Shown here one piece after another: positions 10,220 to 18,994 of a stretch of 37,867 nt of DNA (positions are counted from its first letter, which is position 1; every line of letters starts with the position of its first letter). This DNA comes from a virus (Duplodnaviria > Caudoviricetes). The stretch covers positions 1 through 37,867 of IMG/VR virus record IMGVR_UViG_3300037780_000019, one strand, 5' to 3'. The position numbers and the translations under genes were made by a program. Below the pieces are notes generated by a model. The model was not told the origin of the DNA. It saw nothing but the letters and a program-made list of their open reading frames with translations, and did no database searches.

Positions 10220-10292
10220 GATGTCCTCCAAACAGTTGTGAGAGTTGACTGTTCAGAGAGGTTGCCCGGCGTGCCGGACCCCGCTTGAGGGA

Positions 10293-10604
10293 TTACGCGC
10301 CCTTACGCGCACCGGCTTTCCGGCGTGTCTTCCGGGGCCTCGCGGCTTGTCCGGTGGTCTTGGCTTCCATAGCGGGAGCCGGGTTTTTCTCGACGGGCTT
10401 GCTGTCGAAGAATTCCAGGTATCGGTCGGCAGTGGCGATGATGTCGCCCTCACCGGGGTGGTTGATTGCCATGGTCAGCGCCTGCAACCGCTTCTCGTCG
10501 GTTGCATACCCGGCATACATCTCGGCAATCTCGAATGTGTCATTGCCCCGCCGTCCTTTCGTGACCGTCAGGGCGAGTTCAAGGCATTCAGCGCGATAGG
10601 TCAT
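10293..10604 (-). CDS. Hypothetical protein between scaffold and capsid
   Basis: ATGA overlap with the scaffold stop; basic C-terminus. Confidence 0.65.
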   Translation of the reverse strand: MTYRAECLELALTVTKGRRGNDTFEIAEMYAGYATDEKRLQALTMAINHPGEGDIIATADRYLEFFDSKPVEKNPAPAMEAKTTGQAARPRKTRRKAGARKGA

Positions 10605-11443
10605 GAACCGTAGGCCCGCTCGTGCAGTTCCGCCCACTTCTTCACGGCGGCGTCATGACCGGCATGGTCGCGGTCGGTCAGCTGATCGATGAAGGTCTGA
10701 TCCGACGACAGCCGGTTGATCTCGCTGCGGGCGTCACTGATGGTCGCGTCACCGCCGCCGACCAGTGAGTCCTCGCCAAGCATCTCGCCAACCTTTGCCA
10801 GCGCCTTGATCATGATCGGGTTGTTGCCGAGACCGGCTTCCAGCAGGCCGAGCATGTCATTGCCGCCGATGGTCTCCGCAGCGCGGGCCGCGAGTTCGAC
10901 GTTCTGGTCGTACTTGCCACCCCATTCGCGCTTGAGGTTGTTGACGACCTCCGTGTGCGCCTGCTGCATCTCGGCAGCGCGGGCGCTCTGGATGTCGGCC
11001 ATGTGCTTGACGTAGCCATCATGCAGCCGCTGCGCCTGACGCGGTGACAGCCCGGCCTCGTGCGCCCATGCCCGCATTCCATCGCGCAGGTCCTCGGAGT
11101 AGCTGAAGTCTTCCGGCAGCCCTTCCGGCATGGCGAATTCGTAGCCGTCCTTGTTTTCCGGCCGCCCGAGCTTCGAGTAGAGCGCGGCCCAGTCGTCATC
11201 GGTCGCGTCCTCGCCCGGCACGGTCAGCCGCGCGTCGGGGTTGCCCATCAGTTTCTCAAGGCCCTGATAGCTTTGCAGCATGTCGTTCGGCGACTGCCAG
11301 CCCTTCGTCTGGACGAAAGACTGCGCGCCCTCGTCGAAGCCATCGGTCCAGCTGGTGGCTACCGCTTCGCCGCCACCTTCGCCCGGTGCGGCAGTGCCAG
11401 CATCCGGGTTGCCCGCATCAACGGACCCGTTTTCATCAGCCAT
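10601..11443 (-). CDS. Capsid scaffolding/assembly protein
   Basis: Acidic; YQGLEKLMG...KLGRPE...AHEAGLSPRQA...LKREWG motifs; lies upstream of the capsid gene. Confidence 0.85.
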   Translation of the reverse strand: MADENGSVDAGNPDAGTAAPGEGGGEAVATSWTDGFDEGAQSFVQTKGWQSPNDMLQSYQGLEKLMGNPDARLTVPGEDATDDDWAALYSKLGRPENKDGYEFAMPEGLPEDFSYSEDLRDGMRAWAHEAGLSPRQAQRLHDGYVKHMADIQSARAAEMQQAHTEVVNNLKREWGGKYDQNVELAARAAETIGGNDMLGLLEAGLGNNPIMIKALAKVGEMLGEDSLVGGGDATISDARSEINRLSSDQTFIDQLTDRDHAGHDAAVKKWAELHERAYGS

Positions 11444-11714
11444 GGAGTTGTTCGTCCTCTTTCATGTTGTCGATAAGCAGTGCGATCCGGTTATCCGTCA
11501 GGTTCATCTGCGTGATGATGTGCAGCGCTATAGAGCGCCGCCCCTCCTGATAAGCCATCTCGATATCGGAGGTCGGCGGATTGTCCGCGTGCCATCCGGA
11601 TTTGCGAAGCAGGTCGGCAAGCACGCGCTCGCCAGCATTGCCGCTGAATGTCTTGCGGTAGTCGTCACGCTTGTTAACGAAGAGCGCGAGAACCTTCTGC
11701 TTCCACTCAGACAC
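11436..11714 (-). CDS. Bbp19-like small protein following the portal
   Basis: YRKTFSGNAGERVLADL...AYQEGRRSI signature and position. Confidence 0.8.
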   Translation of the reverse strand: MSEWKQKVLALFVNKRDDYRKTFSGNAGERVLADLLRKSGWHADNPPTSDIEMAYQEGRRSIALHIITQMNLTDNRIALLIDNMKEDEQLHG

Positions 11715-13326
11715 CGCCCGCCTCCTGCATTGCCTTCATGCCAGGGGCTGCAGCGCCAACGGCCTGCGCGGTGTTCATGGCGACTTCCAGTTGCCGCTGT
11801 TGTTCCATCTTGTCGGCGCGGTCGCTGCGGATCTGCTTCACCTCGTCGGGCGAGCGCAGGAACTTGAGCGGCATGCCGTTGATCTCGGCGAGCCCGCGTG
11901 CGGTTTCCTCATCGTCCAGCACGTCCAGCACTTCAGGGTTGATTTCGGCGAGGCCCTGCAGCACTTCCAGCGTGCGCAGCGTGCCAACGCCTTCCTCGGC
12001 CTTCTGCATCCGGGCCAGCGGCGAGGTGTATTCAACCTCGATGGGCATTCCGGCCAGTTCCGGCGGCGGGGGCGGCAGTAGTTTCTTGCGCGTCAGGATG
12101 CCCATTTCGCGCTCGATCAGCGGGCCGAGCAGTTCGGACTGCTGGCGACCGGCAGCGGGGCCGAGCAACTGCGCCTTTTCGCGCGACCGTTCGATGACCT
12201 CGGTTGCTGTCATGGTCGGCGCGTCGACGAGAATCTGGAACAGCGTTACCCAGAAGGCGTCGTTCACCACTTCGCGGCGGCGCTCCATCATCTGCTCGCC
12301 AACATCGGGCCGCATGTGCTGTGCGAGAGACAGCGCCTTGATCTGTTCACGACCCTGATTGTCGATGCCGCCCGGATTGATCGCGCCGGGGTTCAGGTTC
12401 GGCCTCGCCAACACGCCGTCCGTGTTCACGGCAAGCGGCGGGTCCACCATCTTCTGCGCGGCACGCAGCGTGGTCTTCGCCATCTCGTTCAGCATCTTGA
12501 TATCGGGCAGGATGGTCATCGCCGGACCACGGCCCCAGGTTTCGCGCGGCGCGGTCGTGAACCGGCTGACGCAATACGGCATCTCGTGATAGCCGCCCTT
12601 GTGGACGAGGTGACGCTGTTCGACCTCGATGAAGCAGCTGTCGAACGCGTGAATACCCTTCTTCTCGGACGGATAGACCGCGTGGATCACGTCGACTTCG
12701 CGGTCCTTCTCCTTCTCGTCTTCAGCCCAATTCCGGACCTTCCCGGATACCTTGCCCTCACCGAAGCGCTGGATCATCTGGCGCGGCGTCATGCAGAACC
12801 GGCGGTAGACCGTGTCCACCATCCCGGCGAAGTTCGTGGCGATGAAGCACTCGCCGATATGCAGCGACCGGTAGAGGATCGGGGCCTTGTCGAAGCCCTC
12901 TTCCAGATAGAGCACCTGCGTGCCGAACGCGCCGAGGCTGACATAGCTCTCGTGCAGGTTCGACGCGAAGGCCGCATGCGCGCTGTAGCGCATCTGGAAC
13001 AGCTTCTCGGTCAGCGATTCCAGGTATCGCTTGGCCGCGTCGTTCTCGTTCATCTTGTCGTCAGGGAACCGCAGCCCGTGCCATTTCGACGTGCGCGGCG
13101 TCAGCATGGATTCCATGGCCGATGCGAACCGATCCAGCGCCAGCGATGCCGTGGCGTCGAAAATCTTTTCCGTGCGCTTCTCGCCAGCCGTCCGGCTGCG
13201 GAACGTGAACTCTGCCTGACGCGGGAGAATGCGTTCGGCAATCTCCTGCCAGTGGTGTTCCCACGTCGAACGGTCAGACGCCAACCGCTCCTGCCGGGCG
13301 ATGATGTCTTCGGCGATCTTGGTCAT
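11707..13326 (-). CDS. Portal (head-tail connector, T7 gp8 family), 539 aa
   Basis: Real start MTKIAEDII at 13326 (the ORF-track extension runs through a terminator); WEHHWQEIAERILP, WGRGPAM and MTATEVIER motifs. Confidence 0.93.
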   Translation of the reverse strand: MTKIAEDIIARQERLASDRSTWEHHWQEIAERILPRQAEFTFRSRTAGEKRTEKIFDATASLALDRFASAMESMLTPRTSKWHGLRFPDDKMNENDAAKRYLESLTEKLFQMRYSAHAAFASNLHESYVSLGAFGTQVLYLEEGFDKAPILYRSLHIGECFIATNFAGMVDTVYRRFCMTPRQMIQRFGEGKVSGKVRNWAEDEKEKDREVDVIHAVYPSEKKGIHAFDSCFIEVEQRHLVHKGGYHEMPYCVSRFTTAPRETWGRGPAMTILPDIKMLNEMAKTTLRAAQKMVDPPLAVNTDGVLARPNLNPGAINPGGIDNQGREQIKALSLAQHMRPDVGEQMMERRREVVNDAFWVTLFQILVDAPTMTATEVIERSREKAQLLGPAAGRQQSELLGPLIEREMGILTRKKLLPPPPPELAGMPIEVEYTSPLARMQKAEEGVGTLRTLEVLQGLAEINPEVLDVLDDEETARGLAEINGMPLKFLRSPDEVKQIRSDRADKMEQQRQLEVAMNTAQAVGAAAPGMKAMQEAGGV

Positions 13327-13338
13327 GCGTCGTTCCAT

Positions 13339-13365
13339 AAAAAAAGCCGCCCCGAAGGACGGCTT
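13339..13365 (-). terminator. Intrinsic terminator closing the moron, just upstream of the portal
   Basis: AAGCCGTCC-TTCG-GGGCGGCTT followed by a T run on the minus strand. Confidence 0.8.
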
Positions 13366-13387
13366 GAGAAAGGCTATGCGGCTGGTG

Positions 13388-13828
13388 CTACCAAAGCTCT
13401 TTTGGTAGCCCCTGTTCCTTTGCGTACCGGCACAGCATCGGTGGCAATCTCTTGCCTGAATGCTGTCTGAAATATGCCCCGGCGATTGCCAGAATGGCGA
13501 CTTCTGAGGCGGTTCGTGATTCGGCCATACTGAACCCGCCAAGCAATTCAGAGGCCGCCACCCGTCTGGCTACGCGCCCCTTGCTTTCAGGCTCGCTATC
13601 CCTGCACTGGTAGAAGTAAACCCATGCCCCGACAGTCGTTCGTGCGTAGTCCTCGTGTCGCTTTCCAAGGTCAAGCGTCGTCACAATTTCACCGATAACC
13701 CCATCCATAAACTCCCGGTAGGAGTCGTAGGACGGGAACGGATCCACTATCCCTGCCGTAGCGTTTGGCGCTGCGGTGATCGCTGTCAGTGCGGCAGCCA
13801 GCGCAAGCCGGATCGCCGTCACTCTCAC
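13388..13828 (-). CDS. Exported hypothetical protein (signal peptide), moron gene 2
   Basis: GTG at 13828 overlaps the upstream stop (GTGA); MRVTAIRLALAAALTAITAAPNATA signal-peptide pattern. Confidence 0.7.
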   Translation of the reverse strand: MRVTAIRLALAAALTAITAAPNATAGIVDPFPSYDSYREFMDGVIGEIVTTLDLGKRHEDYARTTVGAWVYFYQCRDSEPESKGRVARRVAASELLGGFSMAESRTASEVAILAIAGAYFRQHSGKRLPPMLCRYAKEQGLPKELW

Positions 13829-14577
13829 CGGTTCAGTTCCGCGAGCAGTTCGCCGATGATCTGGCGAGCGATAGGTAGCGCCTTGTCCCGGTGCATTCCG
13901 GGCTTGATGCGTTCGTCGTAGAGCGTGCGAAGGATTACCGCATCGGACCATGTGAGATCGTGGTAGGTCTTTTTCTCGAACGGTCGCCAGAGCGTGTCTT
14001 CGATGACGGTGGCGTCGTTGACGGGACCGAGTATCTGCGACGTTTCCTCGATGATGCACTCGGACAGAAAATCAACCGGCAACGATGGGCCAATCAGGAT
14101 TTTCGCCGCGACAAGCTCCCCGCTCTCTTTCCGTCCGAAAATGCCCCAACAGTGGTCATCTCGATGCTGCCCAGGCCGCGTGACGTACGCAGCGTTGACC
14201 CGCTTGTCTGTGGAATGGGTCGGTGTGAACTTAACCCCTGTCAGTTGCTCCAGCCTGTCTCCGGCGGATTGGATTTTCAGCCGAATGAGGTGTTGCGTAT
14301 CCACAGCGTAGTAGACCGGACCTGCCCATTTCTTGATGTACGGGTCCGGACCGTGCGTCTCGGTGATGAATATGATTGCATCAAATTGACGCACCAGTTC
14401 ATGCAGGCGGTCAGGTGTCGGAACCGGCCCTGCAAGCCCATTCACACCTGAAAGCGGCGTGGCGGGTGTTGGCATCGACACCCCCTCAGAAACCGGAGGC
14501 GGAAGTGGATTTGCCGTCGGGGTTACGGTCTGACAGGCCGCAACCAGCAGTGCGGCAATGGGGAGTAATGCGCGCAT
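13825..14577 (-). CDS. Lipoprotein, DUF2927-like, moron gene 1
   Basis: Lipobox LVAA-C; C-terminal CIIEETSQILGPVND...DAVILRTLYDERIKPGM matches the DUF2927 pattern. Confidence 0.75.
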   Translation of the reverse strand: MRALLPIAALLVAACQTVTPTANPLPPPVSEGVSMPTPATPLSGVNGLAGPVPTPDRLHELVRQFDAIIFITETHGPDPYIKKWAGPVYYAVDTQHLIRLKIQSAGDRLEQLTGVKFTPTHSTDKRVNAAYVTRPGQHRDDHCWGIFGRKESGELVAAKILIGPSLPVDFLSECIIEETSQILGPVNDATVIEDTLWRPFEKKTYHDLTWSDAVILRTLYDERIKPGMHRDKALPIARQIIGELLAELNR

Positions 14578-14583
14578 TCTGCG

Positions 14584-14612
14584 AATCTATCCGAGAGTTC
14601 CACTCACGCCAA
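14584..14612 (-). promoter_or_regulatory. Sigma70-type promoter of the moron; probably a leaderless transcript
   Basis: TTGGCG-17 bp-TAGATT, then 6 nt, then ATG 14577; no Shine-Dalgarno. Confidence 0.6.
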
Positions 14613-15030
14613 GCGGTTCCTTCTTGGACAGGACCGGCTTGCGGATGTTCGGAGCCGTCAGGATCGTCTTGCCGCGAGTTGCGCGGCGGGCATCGTCTTC
14701 CTTCTTCGCCGCCGCCGTGATGATGGTCTGGCCGCGTTGAGCCTCGGCTGACTGGCCGTTGCTGTTCGAGCCCTGACGGCTATCGCCGAGCGGACCGCCG
14801 GGGGATTTCACGCCATTCGGCAGAGAGCCCACACCAGCTGCAGCAAGACTGACCACGAGACCACCCAAGCCTGCCGCCATCTTGTTGCCCAGATTTCCGG
14901 CCCGGAGTCCGTAGTCGAGACGGTCAAGCGCCTCAATCCCGGTCGACCGGTTCACATCCTCCTGTGTCGGCAGGTCCTTGTCGGGCAGTTCGTCCGTGTT
15001 GCCGCCGTCGCCGCTATCAGATTCACACAT
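14587..15030 (-). CDS. Small virion-associated protein, Met-Cys start (T7 gp6.7/7.3-like position)
   Basis: MCESDS start; C-terminal RRATRGKTILT motif shared with the upstream neighbour. Confidence 0.6.
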   Translation of the reverse strand: MCESDSGDGGNTDELPDKDLPTQEDVNRSTGIEALDRLDYGLRAGNLGNKMAAGLGGLVVSLAAAGVGSLPNGVKSPGGPLGDSRQGSNSNGQSAEAQRGQTIITAAAKKEDDARRATRGKTILTAPNIRKPVLSKKEPLGVSGTLG

Positions 15031-15033
15031 CGC

Positions 15034-15228
15034 TCATTCCCCGAGTTTCGTCTTGGTCTCGTCGTCCTTGGACTTGCGCAGCCGCCCGGTCAGGATCGTG
15101 GATTCACGGCCCTGCCGGTTGCGCTCGCGCTTGCGTTCAGCCTCAAGAGCCGCCGCGCGCGCCGCTGCGTCGTCCGCTGGCTGCTGATTTTTCGAGGTCT
15201 CCGGTTCGTCGAAGTCCGGAAAGCACAT
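15034..15228 (-). CDS. Small virion-associated protein, Met-Cys start
   Basis: GGAGG RBS; MCFPDFDEP...RQGRESTILTG...KTKLGE. Confidence 0.7.
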   Translation of the reverse strand: MCFPDFDEPETSKNQQPADDAAARAAALEAERKRERNRQGRESTILTGRLRKSKDDETKTKLGE

Positions 15229-15706
15229 CGGGCTTCCTCCATGCATACAGGTAAAACGTCTCGCCACGCTTTCCGCGCAGCGGGCATTCGCACTCACGCA
15301 CAGCACCCAGCCATTCAAGCCAGCGGTGCGCGGTGTCGTGTCCTTCAATCGAGAGGCATTCAGCCCGGTGAACGCCCAGCGCCATCAGGTCCGGAATGAA
15401 CGTATCCCTGATGTAGCGCGAGACCGTGCCACTCACGCTTGACCAGCGATCCGTTGCGAACATCCAGACCTTTGCGACGCCGGGCGCCACCTCGCTTGCT
15501 CCCCCGCAAGCCACCGGCTGGCCGTCGTGCGATGCCGACCAGCGCTTGAAACTGTAATTCAGCCCGTCAAGGCCGATCTGCACCGGGTCTTCGCGGAACC
15601 TGGTGGCGTAAATCTCCCGCCTGTCCTCGGCCCGCATGTTGACCGCGATGAAAGTCAGGTCACGCGCAACCGGGTCTTCCGATATCTCAACCGAACGGTG
15701 ATTCAT
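15143..15706 (-). CDS. GNAT-fold acetyltransferase-like protein (T7 gp13-like)
   Basis: IAVNMRAEDRREI...VWMFATD...AHRWLEWLGA motifs; overlaps the terL stop. Confidence 0.75.
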   Translation of the reverse strand: MNHRSVEISEDPVARDLTFIAVNMRAEDRREIYATRFREDPVQIGLDGLNYSFKRWSASHDGQPVACGGASEVAPGVAKVWMFATDRWSSVSGTVSRYIRDTFIPDLMALGVHRAECLSIEGHDTAHRWLEWLGAVRECECPLRGKRGETFYLYAWRKPDVLSGLRRTGDLEKSAASGRRSGARGGS

Positions 15707-17240
15707 CCATCACCGCCGTGGTCCATGACCGCGTCGTCGCAGCCGAGCGCACCGGGAACGCGAAGGTCAGCGCCAGTGCATCACCCGCATCCGGAGAGAA
15801 ACCGAGCCGCTTCCTGATCTCGTCCTTGCGCTCTAACTGTATCCGGTTCGTCGAGTTGTGCGCCTCTTGCGGTGCCACGAGGTCGCGGTGCAGCCCGTCA
15901 TCATCGACGATGCCGACGCCGCCTTCCTCCATCAGCCAGTCGCGCATCAGGCCCCACATCTCTGCTCGCTTGTTCATGAACCTGTCCGGATCCGATGCCT
16001 TGGAGCCGAAATCAACGCCGGTCACGATGTCGCGGTATCCCATCTCGCGCAGCCGGTCGACGATGCCAGCGCCGACACCACCAACGTCGATAAACACCCT
16101 CGCCGGGTTCATCCTGTCGATCACCCGCGCAATGCGGCCAACCTGCTCCATCGCACCCATCGCGTGAATCGTCTCGTTGATCCGTGCGCCGGCCATCCGG
16201 CCTTTCCGGTCGATGATGCGTGTCTTGTCCTGCGTCAGCCCGATGTCGATGCCGAGTATCAGCGGGGCCGCCTCCTGTTCGGGCGGCGTGAACTTCCGCG
16301 CTCGCTGCACCCATATCGGCTTGATGAAGCTCTCATCGCCGGATACCTGGAACGCCTCATCAGGAGTCGCCGGGTATTCCTGCTTGAACTTCCAGCAGAT
16401 TTCGTCGCCCGTGTGTCCGTCAGCGCTCGCTAGTTCGCGGTTCTTGCGAAACAGCCAGTGCGCTTGTGCATCCGTCAGCTTGTTGAGCCGCGCATACTCT
16501 GCAATCTCGGGCGTCGGCTCCCATCCGACCGGCGGTTCAATCGCGTACTCGGGCAGCGCGAACCACGGCAGGAATACCAGCTCGTAGTCATTCTCGCCGC
16601 GCAATGCCTGCTGGCAGAGATTGTAGAACAGCCCGCCAACACCGTTCGCCGTCGATTCCAGCACACTCTCGGTGCCGGGTTCGTTGGCGATGGCCTGCAG
16701 CACGCCGGTAATGTGCTCACCACCCCGCGCCCAGAAAGCCACCTCCGAGCCGTGGAAAAACTGGATCGTGTCAGAACGCCCGACACCGGACGCCTGAGCA
16801 GTGCCGACGCGGTAGCTGCTGTCCAGCCGTCCGAAATCCAGTTCCGTCGCGTTGCTCGACTTGGTCGACGGTCTGACCACCTCCGGGCAGTTGTCGTGAA
16901 ATCGCTTCGTCATGGCGAACAGGTTCTGCGTCGCCGAATCTTTGTGCGTCAGGATGAACGTCCGCTTGCCCTTGCCGTGCGACGTTTTCCAGTAGAACCG
17001 ACCGCCAACATAGGTCGACGACCCCATCTGTCGGCCCTTGAGCACCAGTGCGCGAACCATGCCGGTCCGTGCGATCTGGTCCTCGAACTTCGCATGCAGG
17101 ATGCGTTGCGCCTCGTTCAACTCGAACGGCTCAAGCGCGCCCTTCTTCGTCCGGACCTTGAGGCATTTCGCTGCATAGTGCGGAAAGTCGTCTTTCAGCT
17201 TCTGCCGGATGTTGCGCTCGCGGTCGGTCAGGCTGCTCAT
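15687..17240 (-). CDS. terL: Terminase large subunit
   Basis: LKGRQMGSST Walker A region, FHGSEVAFW Walker B, LESTANG motif III, LGIDIG nuclease Asp, SPDAGDAL. Confidence 0.95.
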   Translation of the reverse strand: MSSLTDRERNIRQKLKDDFPHYAAKCLKVRTKKGALEPFELNEAQRILHAKFEDQIARTGMVRALVLKGRQMGSSTYVGGRFYWKTSHGKGKRTFILTHKDSATQNLFAMTKRFHDNCPEVVRPSTKSSNATELDFGRLDSSYRVGTAQASGVGRSDTIQFFHGSEVAFWARGGEHITGVLQAIANEPGTESVLESTANGVGGLFYNLCQQALRGENDYELVFLPWFALPEYAIEPPVGWEPTPEIAEYARLNKLTDAQAHWLFRKNRELASADGHTGDEICWKFKQEYPATPDEAFQVSGDESFIKPIWVQRARKFTPPEQEAAPLILGIDIGLTQDKTRIIDRKGRMAGARINETIHAMGAMEQVGRIARVIDRMNPARVFIDVGGVGAGIVDRLREMGYRDIVTGVDFGSKASDPDRFMNKRAEMWGLMRDWLMEEGGVGIVDDDGLHRDLVAPQEAHNSTNRIQLERKDEIRKRLGFSPDAGDALALTFAFPVRSAATTRSWTTAVMDESPFG

Positions 17241-17506
17241 TCAAGCTCGTCCAGTGCGTCCTCGTGCCGGACGGTCATATCGCCGCTCACGGTCGCGGAA
17301 GACAACTTCGGATGCACGAACGGCGCGGCTTTCTCCGCAGCCCACTTGCGATCATCGGGCGGCGCATTCTCGTCGCGCAGCATGTTCAGCATGAATTCGA
17401 GCGGCGTGATTCCCTCTTCGGCAATCTGGCTTTCGCGCTCGACGGTCGCCTTGTTCTTCGCACCCTTGGGCCTGCCCGCGCCGGGGCGTTTGCCACCAGA
17501 TGACAT
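17237..17506 (-). CDS. terS: Terminase small subunit
   Basis: GGKRPGAGRPKG N-terminus and AAPFVHPKL motif; ATGA-coupled to terL. Confidence 0.85.
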   Translation of the reverse strand: MSSGGKRPGAGRPKGAKNKATVERESQIAEEGITPLEFMLNMLRDENAPPDDRKWAAEKAAPFVHPKLSSATVSGDMTVRHEDALDELE

Positions 17507-17533
17507 TGCAGGTTCCTCTGATTTTTCGGGGAT

Positions 17534-17570
17534 AAAAAATCAAAACGCCCGCCGGGGTTTCCAGCAGGCG
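17534..17570 (-). terminator. Terminator at the start of the late operon (tR'-like)
   Basis: CGCCTGCTGG-loop-CCGGCGGGCG followed by TTTTGATTTTT, between the late regulator and terS. Confidence 0.65.
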
Positions 17571-17592
17571 CAATACTTCAGCCGATCAGCTA

Positions 17593-18015
17593 TTAACCCG
17601 GAATATGCGACATTTGCGACATCTCCGCAACGAGAAAATTCAGCGCCCTGTCATACCGCCTCTGCCACGTCCGTTTGTCGCGGTTATGGCCCGTCCAGCG
17701 CAGCCTCAAGACAATCCAGTTCCAGTCCGCATGCAGCGCCCTCGCCCACACAATCCGTCTCGACAGCGGGGTGAGTTTCAACACGGCTTCCAGCACGCGG
17801 TCGAGCTCGTCGATGTCCTGCGCGGTCGGCGTCGGTCGCGCTCCTACCTCGAAGCGATCCCGCATGGCGTCAGTGCCGAAGCTCTCGGAGGCCTTGCGCA
17901 CGATGTCCGGCCAGAACGAGCGGAAGCCACCCGGTCGAGCATCGGGCATGGCGAGCAGCGTCTGAGCGGCGCGGCACAGCAGGGCCTCGATCTCGATGCG
18001 CTCAGCCTGGGTCAT
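17593..18015 (-). CDS. DUF6362-like late transcription regulator
   Basis: AAQTLLAMP...SFWPDIVR...PTAQDIDELD...RRIVWARA signature; occupies the lambda Q position before terS. Confidence 0.7.
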   Translation of the reverse strand: MTQAERIEIEALLCRAAQTLLAMPDARPGGFRSFWPDIVRKASESFGTDAMRDRFEVGARPTPTAQDIDELDRVLEAVLKLTPLSRRIVWARALHADWNWIVLRLRWTGHNRDKRTWQRRYDRALNFLVAEMSQMSHIPG

Positions 18016-18206
18016 GTCACCCTCCGGGATATCGCTTTGACGCGGATGCGGGGTTTCGGCGCGCCGCCGCTTCGCCCACTAGAGCGCGGCAATTCCGTGG
18101 CGCGGAAGTTCTTCGGAACGAAATGCTTTTTTCTTGGCTTGGTCTGCGCCAGATCGTGCGCCCACGAAGGCAGTGTCTTCGGACGGGCGGGCCAGTTGAA
18201 GTTCAT
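18012..18206 (-). CDS. Hypothetical basic protein
   Basis: ATG overlaps the upstream TAA; stop overlaps the next ATG. Confidence 0.55.
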   Translation of the reverse strand: MNFNWPARPKTLPSWAHDLAQTKPRKKHFVPKNFRATELPRSSGRSGGAPKPRIRVKAISRRVT

Positions 18207-18496
18207 TACGACACCGCCTTCCGTACTTCGTTGATCGGCACCGGCAGTCCGTCGCCAGCATCCGTGAACCAGATTTCGTCGCCCTGATGGTAGTCGTGCA
18301 GCGGGTCGAGTATCGCCACACCCTCGAACCACTCCGACGCCATCTTGTCGCGCTCGTCGTCGGGCATGTCTGTGATCAGCCGGTTGCTGATGCGGCCCTT
18401 GAACGCGCCTTCGCCGATCTCGGTGACCTCGACCCATGGCCGCTCGCCGGGCAGAAGAACCTTCACGAAACCACCAACCTCAATTTTCTGTTCCAT
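18206..18496 (-). CDS. Hypothetical protein (ERPWVEV...GRISN, DUF2314-like pattern)
   Basis: AAGGA RBS; coupled ORF with a protein-like composition. Confidence 0.65.
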   Translation of the reverse strand: MEQKIEVGGFVKVLLPGERPWVEVTEIGEGAFKGRISNRLITDMPDDERDKMASEWFEGVAILDPLHDYHQGDEIWFTDAGDGLPVPINEVRKAVS

Positions 18497-18698
18497 CCTT
18501 CAACCATCCATTCCGTTTGCCATATCGCCTTGCGTCTTCCTCGGTCCAGAACCCCGCCAGATAGCTCGTCGGCTGCTCGGTGTCGGGGTCTTTCCACACC
18601 CGGTCTGCGTGCCACTGGTAGGGCGGTTGCTTGCCGGGGTTGTGGAGGAGCCTTACACCAGCGCCCGGCAGAGTTCTCTCGCCGTGCGGCGATCCCAT
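18480..18698 (-). CDS. Hypothetical protein (start uncertain)
   Basis: Fills the gap between coupled genes; GAGG upstream of ATG 18698. Confidence 0.45.
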   Translation of the reverse strand: MGSPHGERTLPGAGVRLLHNPGKQPPYQWHADRVWKDPDTEQPTSYLAGFWTEEDARRYGKRNGWLKDGTEN

Positions 18699-18994
18699 TC
18701 GGCAGCCTCGGCCATCGCGACACGCCGCACCCAGTCCGGATCTACTCCGGCGCAATCGCAGATCGTCCGGAAGCCGCGACTGTTGCCGAGCAGCCATTCT
18801 TGCGCGGTGTCTCGGGTCACGGTCAGCGACGTGAGGTTGCTCCGGGCGTTGGCCTCGGCGTAGTCGCCTGAGCGGTCACGGTTGATCGGCTTCTGCCGCC
18901 AGCGGGCGTCGAGGAAGGCGCGTTCGATGACGGCCAGCCAGATGGCTTGCGCGTCGTAGGGCGTGTCAGGCCGGATCGGGAGTATTGCGTTCAT
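18653..18994 (-). CDS. Conserved hypothetical phage protein
   Basis: ATGA-coupled; IWLAVIERAFLDA...AQEWL...FRTICDCAGVDPD. Confidence 0.7.
   Translation of the reverse strand: MNAILPIRPDTPYDAQAIWLAVIERAFLDARWRQKPINRDRSGDYAEANARSNLTSLTVTRDTAQEWLLGNSRGFRTICDCAGVDPDWVRRVAMAEAAEWDRRTARELCRALV

Noticed and set aside
5759-10288. Very long plus-strand ORFs (5759-7999, 8741-10288; also 32-1153, 4165-5460, 12316-13470, 16458-17774)
   Set aside because: Antisense shadows of well-supported minus-strand genes in GC-rich DNA, with no RBS and no recognisable motifs.
13327-13542. N-terminal extension of the portal in the ORF track (likewise extended starts of int, recT, cI and dcm)
   Set aside because: The extensions overlap neighbouring genes or terminators; the downstream starts have better RBS, coupling and family-typical N-termini.
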